DNA from: an uncultured Planctomycetota bacterium
Lineage (GTDB): Bacteria > Planctomycetota > Planctomycetia > Isosphaerales > Isosphaeraceae
Reading direction: 5' to 3'
Length of the DNA stretch: 64,000 nucleotides
Assembly (NCBI GenBank): GCA_963737655.1
Contig: CAVTTN010000002.1
Location: 5,504,001-5,568,000, forward strand
The notes below the pieces were generated by a model. It saw only the letters and a list, made by a program, of their open reading frames with translations, was not told the DNA's origin and did no database searches. Positions 20,522-29,138 of this stretch are shown here, piece by piece. The first letter of the stretch is position 1. Each line of letters opens with the position of its first letter. The position numbers and the translations under genes are program-made.

Positions 20522-20938
20522 TCATCCGGCGGCACTTCGCCGCCGGGGCCTTCGGTCGCGAGCGATCCTTCGACGAGAGCAAGCGAAGATCCACGCCTTG
20601 AGGATGGCGATTCCGCCCAACTCGGTCGGGCCCAGGACCTTGACACCCTCTTCCACGCGACAGATCGCCAGGACAGCTTCCAGGAACGGGGTCCCCTCGT
20701 CGAGGACGACGAGCCGGGACAGGTCGCGCAGCTCCGAGGTCGAGAGGGCGTCCTGCACCCGTCCGGCGATGAATCGCAGGGCCTCGGCGTCATCGGAGCG
20801 GAGCCACGAAGCCGCCATCACGAGGTCCCACCCCTCCGGTGCATCCTCGCGGACGAACGCCCCGAAGAGATCGAAGGGCCCCTGATCCCTGGCGAGCCCG
20901 GCCAGGACCTCGGCGAGTTTCTCGGATGGGATGGTCAT
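20522..20938 (-). CDS. Hypothetical protein, probable minimal-nucleotidyltransferase-like partner of the HEPN gene
   Basis: PFDLFGAFVREDAPEGWDLVMAASWL; ATGA overlap with the HEPN-like remnant. Confidence 0.55.
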   Translation of the reverse strand: MTIPSEKLAEVLAGLARDQGPFDLFGAFVREDAPEGWDLVMAASWLRSDDAEALRFIAGRVQDALSTSELRDLSRLVVLDEGTPFLEAVLAICRVEEGVKVLGPTELGGIAILKAWIFACSRRRIARDRRPRRRSAAG

Positions 20939-21170
20939 AGCGCCCTCAGGAGAAGGTCCGCCGCTCGGATCATCTGATCGGCCTCGTCCCGCGTCGCCGC
21001 AACCGTCGGGGAATATCGGGATTCCGGGTCCCATTTCGCGACGGTGGACCACTCCGCGAGGTACTTCCGCTTGATCGTCTCCTCGTGGCCGCAGAGGTGG
21101 AGGAGGACGTCCGGCTTGTGCGTCTTGAAGCTTTGATAGGGCTCGAACTCCCTCCGAGTTTCCGGGTTCG
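20935..21170 (-). pseudogene. C-terminal remnant of a HEPN-domain protein
   Basis: PETRREFEPYQSFKTHKPDVLLHLCG...WSTVAKWDPESRY. The N-terminal half and a plausible start are absent. Confidence 0.6.
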
Positions 21171-21220
21171 AGGCGATCCCCTCAACGCCGTCAAGACCCG
21201 AAAACCGGATGGCCGGCCCC

Positions 21221-21919
21221 TCACCCCGGCGCCGGCGGCCTGGGTCGCCTCTCGGGCTTGCGGAAGACGAGGAAATAGGAGTGGTTCTTCCTCGCGTGGA
21301 CCTGCTTGACGACCCGGCTGACACCCGGCCGGTTCACCCTCACCACCACGAAGAGGTCTTCGACGAGGAAGCTCCCGTCTTTCACCAATTCGTTGATGAT
21401 CTCGACGTGGGTGAGCCTCTGGCGGTTGGCGCAGACCTCGTCGGCGCATTTGACCACGTAGATCCCGCCCGGCTTGAGGACTCGGAGGGCCTCCTGGGCC
21501 GCGGCGAAATAGAGGTCGAGCACGGCCTCGTGGTATTTCCTGGGCGTGCCGTTGCCCGAGCCGTTGTTGCGGTAATAGCCCTCGAAATTCTGGTGATTCG
21601 CGTGGGCCGAGCCCCCGGGGGTGTGCATGTACGGCGGGTCGAAGACCACGCAGTCGATCGAGGCCTCGTCATAGGGCAGCGATCGGCAATCGGTGCCGGT
21701 CTTCAGGTCGGTGGGGAGGACGCGATAGAGCCCCTCGGGCACGGCCTTCCAGAAGACGCCCCGGCCGAAGGTGACGTCGGCGACGAGCCCTCCGGGCGGG
21801 ACGTACAGGGCGAGGACCTGGGGGAACACGGCGTCGTTGGTGTCGCGATAGGCGGAGAAGACCAGGTCGTTGGTGGGGGAGCCGGCGGGGGATTTCCGCC
21901 TCGGCCGGGCGGGGTTCAT
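21221..21919 (-). CDS. Orphan N6-adenine/N4-cytosine DNA methyltransferase-like protein
   Basis: SAM motif [10 protein letters not shown], catalytic VVFDPPY, RVLKPGG. Confidence 0.8.
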   Translation of the reverse strand: MNPARPRRKSPAGSPTNDLVFSAYRDTNDAVFPQVLALYVPPGGLVADVTFGRGVFWKAVPEGLYRVLPTDLKTGTDCRSLPYDEASIDCVVFDPPYMHTPGGSAHANHQNFEGYYRNNGSGNGTPRKYHEAVLDLYFAAAQEALRVLKPGGIYVVKCADEVCANRQRLTHVEIINELVKDGSFLVEDLFVVVRVNRPGVSRVVKQVHARKNHSYFLVFRKPERRPRPPAPG

Positions 21920-22962
21920 CCTCGGAATTCCTTCCGGAACTGGTCCAGGTTGGCCCTCCGGCCCAGGAGGACGATCGAATCCCCGGGGGCGAACGGGGTG
22001 TCGCCCGAGGGGGGGAACTCGACCCGGCCGTCGGCCCTCTTGATGGCCATGACGATCACCCCGGTCTTCCGGCCGACGTCGGCGTCGCGGAGCGATCGGC
22101 CGGAGAACGGGCCCGAGGCCGTCACGGCGACCTCGTCCATCTCGATCGCCAGGCTCGACCGATGCGTCACGAGTTCGATGAACTCGACGGCCGACGGGTT
22201 GGTGAGGATCGAGACGATCCGATGGGCGCCGATGGCCGCGGGCAGGACGACCTGGTTGGCCCCGGCCTGGCGGAGCTTCTTCTGGGTGGTCGCGCGCTCG
22301 GCCCGCGCCACGATCCCCAGCTTCGGGTTCCTCTGGCGGGCCGTCAGGGTGATGAAGACGTTGGCGGCGTCGTTGGGCATGGCGGCCACGAGCGATCTGG
22401 CGCGATCGACGCCGGCGCGTTCCAGGACGTCCTCCTCGGTGGCGTCCCCCTGGACGAACAGCCAGCCTCGGGCCTCGGCCTCGGCGACCTTCTCGGCGGA
22501 CAGGTCGATCACGACGAACCGATGGCCGCCGTGGGCGAGCTCCTCGGCCACGAGCTGGCCCATCCGGCCGAGGCCGACGACGATGATATGGCCGTCCAGG
22601 GTGTCGATGGTTCGCCTCACGCGATGGTGGCCGACGAGGCGGCGGAATTCCTCCTCGGTGACCAGCCGGAGGAAGCCGCCGACGGTGTAGCCGGTGGCGA
22701 CGAGGCCCAGGGCGATCACCGCCGAGGTGTGGAGCCGCAAGGCCGTCGTGTCGATCGGCCGGACGTCGCCGAACCCGACCGTGGAGATCGTGATGACCAC
22801 CATATACAGGGCGTCGCCCACGGGCCAGCCCATCGCGACGTATCCGGCCGCGCCGAAGACGATCACCGCGAGCAGGGCGAGCAGGCCGACGACGATCGAG
22901 CGGATCGCCCGTCGCCGGGAGGCGTCGTCCGGGTCGGGCCTGGGGATCGGGCGATCGGGCAT
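21916..22962 (-). CDS. Potassium channel with RCK (TrkA-N/TrkA-C) domains
   Basis: Selectivity filter TVGFGD, GLGRMG and GDATEE. Confidence 0.92.
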   Translation of the reverse strand: MPDRPIPRPDPDDASRRRAIRSIVVGLLALLAVIVFGAAGYVAMGWPVGDALYMVVITISTVGFGDVRPIDTTALRLHTSAVIALGLVATGYTVGGFLRLVTEEEFRRLVGHHRVRRTIDTLDGHIIVVGLGRMGQLVAEELAHGGHRFVVIDLSAEKVAEAEARGWLFVQGDATEEDVLERAGVDRARSLVAAMPNDAANVFITLTARQRNPKLGIVARAERATTQKKLRQAGANQVVLPAAIGAHRIVSILTNPSAVEFIELVTHRSSLAIEMDEVAVTASGPFSGRSLRDADVGRKTGVIVMAIKRADGRVEFPPSGDTPFAPGDSIVLLGRRANLDQFRKEFRG

Positions 22963-22987
22963 CGGCGGGGCTCGGAACCGCGGGGGG

Positions 22988-23239
22988 TCAGACGGCCCGG
23001 TCCGCCGCGACGGGCGACTCGTCTTCCGAACGGATCACCGAGGGGTCCGGGAGGGGTCGGCCATTCGCGCGGAAGGCGTCGATCAGCCCGTCCAGGGCCT
23101 CCCGGCCGTTCCTCGCCGCCTCCTCATACGTCTCCCCGTGGGTCTGCGGCCAGTCCTCCCCGGTCAACTCGGGGAAACACACCAGGAAGAGCCGATCTTC
23201 CTCGGACCACCGAATGAGCATGCTGTAGGGAATCATCAT
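22988..23239 (-). CDS. hicB: HicB-family antitoxin
   Basis: YSMLIRWSEEDRLFLVCFPEL...THGETYEEAARNGREAL...GRPLP. Confidence 0.88.
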   Translation of the reverse strand: MMIPYSMLIRWSEEDRLFLVCFPELTGEDWPQTHGETYEEAARNGREALDGLIDAFRANGRPLPDPSVIRSEDESPVAADRAV

Positions 23240-23436
23240 CCACCTCGAACGATCCGGAGGGCCCGACGCACCAGCTTTTCTTGATAGCGTTTCGCGTCGT
23301 CGCCGTCGTTGCCGGAGATCGTGAACGGCCTGCCGATCGCGGGGTGATACCAGTTCCCGTGACTGCCCTTGCCGGGGGTCTACGAGAACCCCGCCCCCCG
23401 CAATTCCGACTTCAGCTCGCGGATCGTCTTCGGCAT
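23236..23436 (-). pseudogene. hicA: HicA-family toxin with an in-frame TAG at codon 19 (not in the ORF track)
   Basis: Manual translation MPKTIRELKSELRGAGFS*TPGKGSHGNWYHPAIGRPFTISGNDGDDAKRYQEKLVRRALRIVRGG*; GSH motif; ATGA overlap with hicB. Confidence 0.88.
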
Positions 23437-23445
23437 GGCTCGCGG

Positions 23446-24468
23446 TCATCCCCGGCCGCGGACCCTCTGGTTGAAGGCGACGGCCAGGACGATGATGGTG
23501 CCGAGCACCAGGCCCTCGATCTGGGTCGGGTCGATCCATTTGACGATCAGCCCGGTCCCCTTGATGACGATCTGGATCAGGCAGAGGCCGAGGACCGTCC
23601 CCCGGACCGATCCCACGCCGCCGGAGAGGCTGCACCCGCCGACGACCGCCGCGGTGATCGCCATGAGCTCGTAGGAGACGCCCATCGTCCCCTTGCCCTG
23701 GCCGTCGTCCCCGGCGAACAGGAGGCCGCCGAGGGCCGAGAGCATCCCGGAGAGGCCGTAGGCGATCATCTTCAGCCGGACCGTCGGCAGGCCGCTGAGC
23801 CGGGCCGCCGCCTCGTTGCCGCCGAGGGCATAAAGGTGACGCCCCAGGACCGTCGCCCCCATCATCACGCTCACCACCAGGGCCACCGCCAGGAAGATCG
23901 GCACGGTGTAGAGCCAGTCCTTGCCGGAGACCCGGAACCACTCGAAATTCATGTTCACGGACTGATTTTTGCTGACGACGATCGCCACGCTCCGCAGGCC
24001 GGCCATGGTGGCCAGGGTGGCGATGAAGGGGGGGAGGCGGAACCCGGCGATGAACAGGGCGTGGAGCAGGCCGATGGCCGCGCCCATCGCCAGGGTCAGG
24101 ACGACGGCCCCGGCGATGACCCACGGGGAGATCGGCCCGCCCGAGCGGGCCGCGCCGGGGAGCCACTCCGTCATGAGCTTCCCCGCCACCACCGCCGACA
24201 GCGCCACGACCGAGCCGACGGACAGGTCGATCCCCCCGGCGACGATCACCACGGTCGCCCCCACGGCCAGGACCCCGTAGAGCGCCACGGTGTGGAGGAC
24301 GTTCGAGAGGTTCTCCATCTTGAAGAACGAGTGGGGCGGCCCCTGGAGCTGATAGATCCCGCCCAGGACGGCGGCGATGGCCACCAGCAAGCTCAGTTCC
24401 GGGGCCCGGAGGGCGGCGACCAGGGGGTTGGGCCCGCCGCCCTCGCCTCGTCTCGGGGCGTCGCTCAT
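23446..24468 (-). CDS. Sugar ABC transporter permease (RbsC-like)
   Basis: GGIDLSVGS, LPPFIATL, GGNEAAARLSG and AAVVGGCSLSGG. Confidence 0.92.
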   Translation of the reverse strand: MSDAPRRGEGGGPNPLVAALRAPELSLLVAIAAVLGGIYQLQGPPHSFFKMENLSNVLHTVALYGVLAVGATVVIVAGGIDLSVGSVVALSAVVAGKLMTEWLPGAARSGGPISPWVIAGAVVLTLAMGAAIGLLHALFIAGFRLPPFIATLATMAGLRSVAIVVSKNQSVNMNFEWFRVSGKDWLYTVPIFLAVALVVSVMMGATVLGRHLYALGGNEAAARLSGLPTVRLKMIAYGLSGMLSALGGLLFAGDDGQGKGTMGVSYELMAITAAVVGGCSLSGGVGSVRGTVLGLCLIQIVIKGTGLIVKWIDPTQIEGLVLGTIIVLAVAFNQRVRGRG

Positions 24469-25556
24469 GAGGACCTCAGCCCCTTGCTCTTGAGCCACGA
24501 CTTCATCTCTTCGATGGTGATCACGCCCTCGCCCTTGACCGGCGAATCCGCCTTGGGGACGATCACGCGGACCTTGGTGTCGAGGCTCTTGCCGTCGGGG
24601 AGGACTTCCTTGACGGTCTTGTCGTCCTTCCGGATCAGGGCCTTCAGGAGCTTCACGCCCTGGAAGCCCATCTCGTAGGGGTTCTGGCAGACGGAGGCGT
24701 CGATGTGCCCCTTCTCCAGCTCGCCGACGGCCGCCTCGTCGAGGTCGAAGGTGACGATCGTGGTCCTCTCGCGGACGCCCGACGATTTGGAGACCTCCTC
24801 GGCGATCGGCTGGGCGTTGTAGGACCAGAGGCCGAGGAAGAGGCCGAGGTCGGGGTACTTCGTCAGGGCGGTCTGGACGTTCACGCGGGCCCGGGCGTGG
24901 TCGCTGTTGTCTTCGAGGGTCTCCAGGTCCTGGAACGCGGGGCCGGCGCCCTGGAAGAAGCCCTGCTTCCGCTCCCGGGCATTGGCGGCGGCCGACGTGC
25001 CGACGAACACCGCGACCTTGCCGCCCTGGGGCCGGAGCGTCGCGGCGGCCTTGCCGGCGACCTCGCCGGCCTTGACGTTGTTGGTGCCGATGTAGCCCGA
25101 TCGGGCGTCGGCCGAATTCGGCTCGATGTCCGAGTCGATGGTGATCACGACCTTGCCGGCTTTCTGGAGCGCCTTCATCGCGTCGGCCACCCCGGGCGCC
25201 TCGGCCTCGATCACCGAGACGGCCACGCCCTGGACGTCCAGGCTCAGGGCCTCGCGGAGGCGGTCGATCTGCCCCCGGGTCGTGCCCTCGTTCCGCCTCA
25301 TCTCGACCTGGACGCCGAACTCCTTGCCGCCGTCTTGCATCCCTTTCTCGACGGCGTTCCACCAGTCGGCGTTGCTGTTGGTGACGAACAGGAGCTTGAT
25401 CGGGCCGGTCCCCGGGGAGCCGGAGCCGGTCGTCGACGACGTCGAGCCGCCCGAGGAGCCCGCGTCCTTCGTGCCCTCCGAACAGCCGACCGCGAGGACG
25501 GGGGCCAGCGCCACCGCCACCCCCCAGAAGAGCCGCCTGAGACCGAGCCGATTCAC
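24465..25556 (-). CDS. Sugar ABC transporter substrate-binding lipoprotein
   Basis: Lipobox AVGC; ITIDSD, YIGTNN and QNPYEMG. Confidence 0.92.
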   Translation of the reverse strand: MNRLGLRRLFWGVAVALAPVLAVGCSEGTKDAGSSGGSTSSTTGSGSPGTGPIKLLFVTNSNADWWNAVEKGMQDGGKEFGVQVEMRRNEGTTRGQIDRLREALSLDVQGVAVSVIEAEAPGVADAMKALQKAGKVVITIDSDIEPNSADARSGYIGTNNVKAGEVAGKAAATLRPQGGKVAVFVGTSAAANARERKQGFFQGAGPAFQDLETLEDNSDHARARVNVQTALTKYPDLGLFLGLWSYNAQPIAEEVSKSSGVRERTTIVTFDLDEAAVGELEKGHIDASVCQNPYEMGFQGVKLLKALIRKDDKTVKEVLPDGKSLDTKVRVIVPKADSPVKGEGVITIEEMKSWLKSKGLRSS

Positions 25557-25716
25557 GGAGCCGTCCCCCGTCGCGAGAGGTGGGCACGCGACCTCCTCGG
25601 AGGGCGGTCGCGGCCGGAGAGGGGCCCGGCGGCCTCGCGGAAGCCGGGCCGTCCCGATGGGTTTGGCCGTATCTTAACCGGCCCGAGGGTCGAAAGAAAC
25701 ATGCCCGAGCCGACGA

Positions 25717-25805
25717 GGGTGCAGCTCCCGAATCCGGAGGATTTCGGGTGCCCCCGGTTCGAGAACCGGGGGCACCCTGCAGTTCCGGGTTCCAGAGCTA
25801 TACCG
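25717..25805. mobile_element. 89-bp MITE-like element, copy 2 (degenerate TIRs)
   Basis: Same internal palindrome gggtgcccccggttc-nn-gaaccgggggcaccc; TIR variants at 25717-25738 and 25784-25805; flanks agccgacga / agccgacgg (8/9 match). Confidence 0.75.
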
Positions 25806-25823
25806 AGCCGACGGCTTTTCGCG

Positions 25824-28223
25824 TCACTTCGGCGCCTTCGTGAGGAACGCCATGAGGTCGCGCATCCTCGCCTCGCCGATCGCCCCGGGCAGGCCGACCG
25901 GCATGATCGACGTGGCCGAGGGGCGGATCTCCTCGACCTCGGACCGGGGAATGACCGTCGCCTTCGCGTCGGCCCCGAGGACCCGGATCGCGTCCTTCCC
26001 CTCGGCCCGGACCACCCCGGCGAGCACCCGCCCGTCCTTGGTCGAGACCGTGAACGGGACGTAATCCGGGTTGATCGTGGCGCTGGGCTCGGCGATGTCG
26101 CGATAGACCGAGGCGGCGTCCTTGTGGACGAGGTTGCTCAGGTCCGGGCCGACCTGCCCGCCCTTCCCTCGGATCGCGTGGCAGGTCGAGCACTTGGCCT
26201 CTTCCGAGTAGAACACCGCCTCGCCCCGGGTCGCGTCGCCGCCGGCGACCTCCTTCGGCACCGGGGCGGGGGCCGACGACTCCGGAGGGGCCGGAGGGGC
26301 CCAGGGGACCGAGAATCGCGCCGAGGGGACCGGCCTCTCGGTCGGGTCGTCGGCCATCACGTAGGTCGCGTGGAGCGACAGGGGCTTGCCCGCCTTCCCG
26401 GTGCGGACCGTCACGAAGAGTTCCATCGGCTCGCCGTTGGTCTCGTTCCCCAGATCGACCGATCCCGACGACGACGATCCCGAGGCCCCTCCGAGGCTGG
26501 CGTCCTCGATCGCCGCGTCGGCCCGGAGGCGGAGCGTTGCGTTCCCTTTCGGCAGGGCGAGATAGCCCTTGAGGGTGAGCCTCCCCGGCGTCTTCAGGAG
26601 TTCGAGCGACCTCTCGTGCTCGGCCGAACCGGCGGCCACCCGGCGGACGACCCAGGGGTCGAGGTGGGGCCACCAGCCCGACCATCGCGGCTTCGCCCCC
26701 TCGGTGCCGTCGTCCCAGGAGACCTCCAGGCCGGAGAGGTCGAACGCGACGTCGGCGTCTTCCCCGGGGCCCTTCGATCCCTCGGTGTGGACGTTCGGCA
26801 CGGTCACGGCATACGAGGCGCGGAACGGGATGGGATCGGTCCCCAGGACGAGCGTCCGGCCGTCGTCGGCGAGCGTCGCGGAGGCGACCTTCAACGTCCC
26901 CTTCGCCGCGGCCTGCTGGGCCTCGACCGCCTTGTACGGCGGGCGGATCGTCTCGAAGCGGTCGCCGGCCCGGACGAACGTGCCGTAGGGGATCGTCGCG
27001 CCGACGATCTTCTCGGCCGCCCTCGGGTGGATCGGCCGGTCGAAAGCGACCTTCGCTTCGAGGGGGCCGGTGGGCCAGGCGATCACCGGCCTCGGGCTTC
27101 CGCGATACGAGATCTTGAACAGGTCGCCCGGCCCGCTGGGCCCGGTGCCCCAGTCGGGCTGGCCGCCGTGGGCACTCAGGTAGAGGTCCCCGGAGGGGGA
27201 GATCGCGACGTCGGAGACCATCCGATCGACGCAGGCGAAGACGTTCGGCCGGCCGACGTAGCCGCCCGGGACCTTGACCAGATCGACCCGCCAGACCTTC
27301 CCCCGCGAGAACCCGGCCACGATCGCCGAGCCCTCCCAGGCCTCCGGGCCAAACCGCTGCCAGCCGGGTCGGGCCTCGTCGAAGACCATCCCGCAGGCCG
27401 ATTGGTGCTGGGGGGAGAACTCGGCCACGGGCGGCTCGTCGCGGCTGTCCTTCAAGAAGCGTTCATGCTTCGGGGGCCATCCGTAGTGGCGCCCCTTCTC
27501 GATCAGGTTCAGCTCGTCGAGCGGGTTCGCGCCGGGGAGCCAGGTCTCGCCCTCCTGGTCGGTCGCGAAGAGGTCGCCCTGCCGGTTGAACTTCAGGGCG
27601 TAGGCGAAGCGGATGCCGCCGGCGAAGACCTCGCGAGACTTGCGGTCGGGCGCGACCTTGAGGATCGCGCCCAGCTCGCTCTTCGGGTCGTAATGCGACT
27701 TGCCGTCCTTCTCCAGGTAGGGATTCGAGTAGTCGGCGCAGCCGATGGCGACGAACAGGTTGTTCTGGGGGTCGAGGGCGATCCCCATCGCATCGACCAG
27801 GCCGCTGCCGCTGGGGATGTTCGGCCAGCCCGTGGCGACGACCTCCTCGCGATCGGCCTTGCCGTCCTTGTCGGCGTCGATCAGGAGAGAGACCTTGAGG
27901 TGGGACGACACGTAGAGCCCCTCCGGCGCCCAGATGGCCTGGATCGGCGAAATCAGCGTGTTCTTGTCCCAGAACATCTCGGCCGTGTCTTCGAGTCCGT
28001 CGCCGTCGGTATCAACAAGACGGCGGATCTTGCCGTCATAGCCCACGGCGAACAGGCGGCCGTCGGGGGCGAAGGCCAGGCCGTTGACGTTCGTGAGGTT
28101 CAAGGGGAGCCGTCGGGCCGAGAACCCCGGCGAGAGGACGTGGACCGTCGGCTCGTCGGCCGGGAGGGCCATCGCGGGAAGGACGAGGAGGGCGAGCGAA
28201 ACCGTCGCGAGGCGAGTGATCAT
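25824..28223 (-). CDS. Secreted beta-propeller (sorbosone dehydrogenase-like) protein with a C-terminal PVC-type heme c domain
   Basis: Signal peptide; DTDGDG repeats; DELN...HYGWP; CSTCH...VGPDLS...SIMP. Confidence 0.85.
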   Translation of the reverse strand: MITRLATVSLALLVLPAMALPADEPTVHVLSPGFSARRLPLNLTNVNGLAFAPDGRLFAVGYDGKIRRLVDTDGDGLEDTAEMFWDKNTLISPIQAIWAPEGLYVSSHLKVSLLIDADKDGKADREEVVATGWPNIPSGSGLVDAMGIALDPQNNLFVAIGCADYSNPYLEKDGKSHYDPKSELGAILKVAPDRKSREVFAGGIRFAYALKFNRQGDLFATDQEGETWLPGANPLDELNLIEKGRHYGWPPKHERFLKDSRDEPPVAEFSPQHQSACGMVFDEARPGWQRFGPEAWEGSAIVAGFSRGKVWRVDLVKVPGGYVGRPNVFACVDRMVSDVAISPSGDLYLSAHGGQPDWGTGPSGPGDLFKISYRGSPRPVIAWPTGPLEAKVAFDRPIHPRAAEKIVGATIPYGTFVRAGDRFETIRPPYKAVEAQQAAAKGTLKVASATLADDGRTLVLGTDPIPFRASYAVTVPNVHTEGSKGPGEDADVAFDLSGLEVSWDDGTEGAKPRWSGWWPHLDPWVVRRVAAGSAEHERSLELLKTPGRLTLKGYLALPKGNATLRLRADAAIEDASLGGASGSSSSGSVDLGNETNGEPMELFVTVRTGKAGKPLSLHATYVMADDPTERPVPSARFSVPWAPPAPPESSAPAPVPKEVAGGDATRGEAVFYSEEAKCSTCHAIRGKGGQVGPDLSNLVHKDAASVYRDIAEPSATINPDYVPFTVSTKDGRVLAGVVRAEGKDAIRVLGADAKATVIPRSEVEEIRPSATSIMPVGLPGAIGEARMRDLMAFLTKAPK

Positions 28224-28337
28224 GGCGGGACGTCCCCGGGTCCGGTCGGCAGAGGCGGCCCGGCCATCGTAGCTTCGGACGATCGGATCGGACAAGCGCC
28301 CGAAGGTCGGCCCCGCGTTTGCTCGCGAGATCCGGGC

Positions 28338-29045
28338 ATGGCCACCACGAAGCGATCGAGAGCGACCCCCGAATCCCCGGCGCCGAAGGAGCCCCTGGAC
28401 ATCGACGAGGTGTTCGCGAGGCTCCGTCGGGCCGTCGCGGACGTGCCGAAAGCGGCGATGTTCGACCTCCGCGACCGGGGATTCTCGTCGCCGTTCGAGC
28501 AGCTCGTCGGCAGCCTGATCTCGGCCCGGACCCGCGACGAGACGACGATGACCGTCTGCCTCCGCCTCTTCGCTCGCGCCCGGACGCCGGCCGAGATGCT
28601 CACCCTGGACGAATCGGAGCTCGCCAGCCTGGTCCGCCCGGCCACGTTCCCCGAGGCCAAGGCGCGCGACATCCTCGCGTTCTCGCGATCGATCGTGGAC
28701 GACCTGGGCGGGGACGTGCCGGACACGCTCGAAGGGCTGACCGCGTTCCGAGGCGTCGGCCCGAAGGTCGCCGCGCTGACCCTGGCCGTCGGGTTCGGCC
28801 GGCCGGCCATCGCGGTGGACATCCACGTCCACCGGATCGTCAACCGATGGGGCTATGTCCACACCTCCACCCCCGAGAAGACTGCGGACGCCCTGGCGAA
28901 GCTCCTGCCCGAGCGATACTGGATCGAGATCAACGAACGGCTCGTCCCGTTCGGCAAGTGGACGTGCACGGCGGCCCGGCCCAGGTGCTCGACGTGCCCG
29001 CTGCTCGCGATGTGCCAGCAGGTGGGCGTGACGGACCCTCGATGA
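28338..29045 (+). CDS. nth: Endonuclease III
   Basis: HhH motif GVGPKVA, AVDIHVHRI and the [4Fe-4S] motif CTAARPRCSTCPLLAMC. Confidence 0.92.
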   Translation: MATTKRSRATPESPAPKEPLDIDEVFARLRRAVADVPKAAMFDLRDRGFSSPFEQLVGSLISARTRDETTMTVCLRLFARARTPAEMLTLDESELASLVRPATFPEAKARDILAFSRSIVDDLGGDVPDTLEGLTAFRGVGPKVAALTLAVGFGRPAIAVDIHVHRIVNRWGYVHTSTPEKTADALAKLLPERYWIEINERLVPFGKWTCTAARPRCSTCPLLAMCQQVGVTDPR

Positions 29046-29063
29046 ATCATCGCCGGGATGCCG

Positions 29064-29134
29064 GGTTCTCGTAGGGCAGGCCTCGGCCTGCCGTCCCTGC
29101 CCGTCGGCAGGCCGAGGCCTGCCCTACGAGAACC
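29064..29134. repeat. GTAG-type REP doublet (family B), copy 1
   Basis: Perfect 30-bp inverted arms ggttctcgtagggcaggcctcggcctgccg between the convergent nth and beta-helix genes. Confidence 0.85.
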
Positions 29135-29138
29135 GGCG

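Noticed and set aside
23380..23382. Amber recoding (pyrrolysine or alternative code) in hicA
   Set aside because: TAG is used as a normal stop by other genes here (photolyase, HAD, ada), and no pyl genes are in the window.
24705..29045. 1446-aa ORF suggesting a giant fusion to endonuclease III
   Set aside because: Only 28338-29045 is nth. The rest is the antisense shadow of real minus-strand genes, a common artefact in high-GC DNA.
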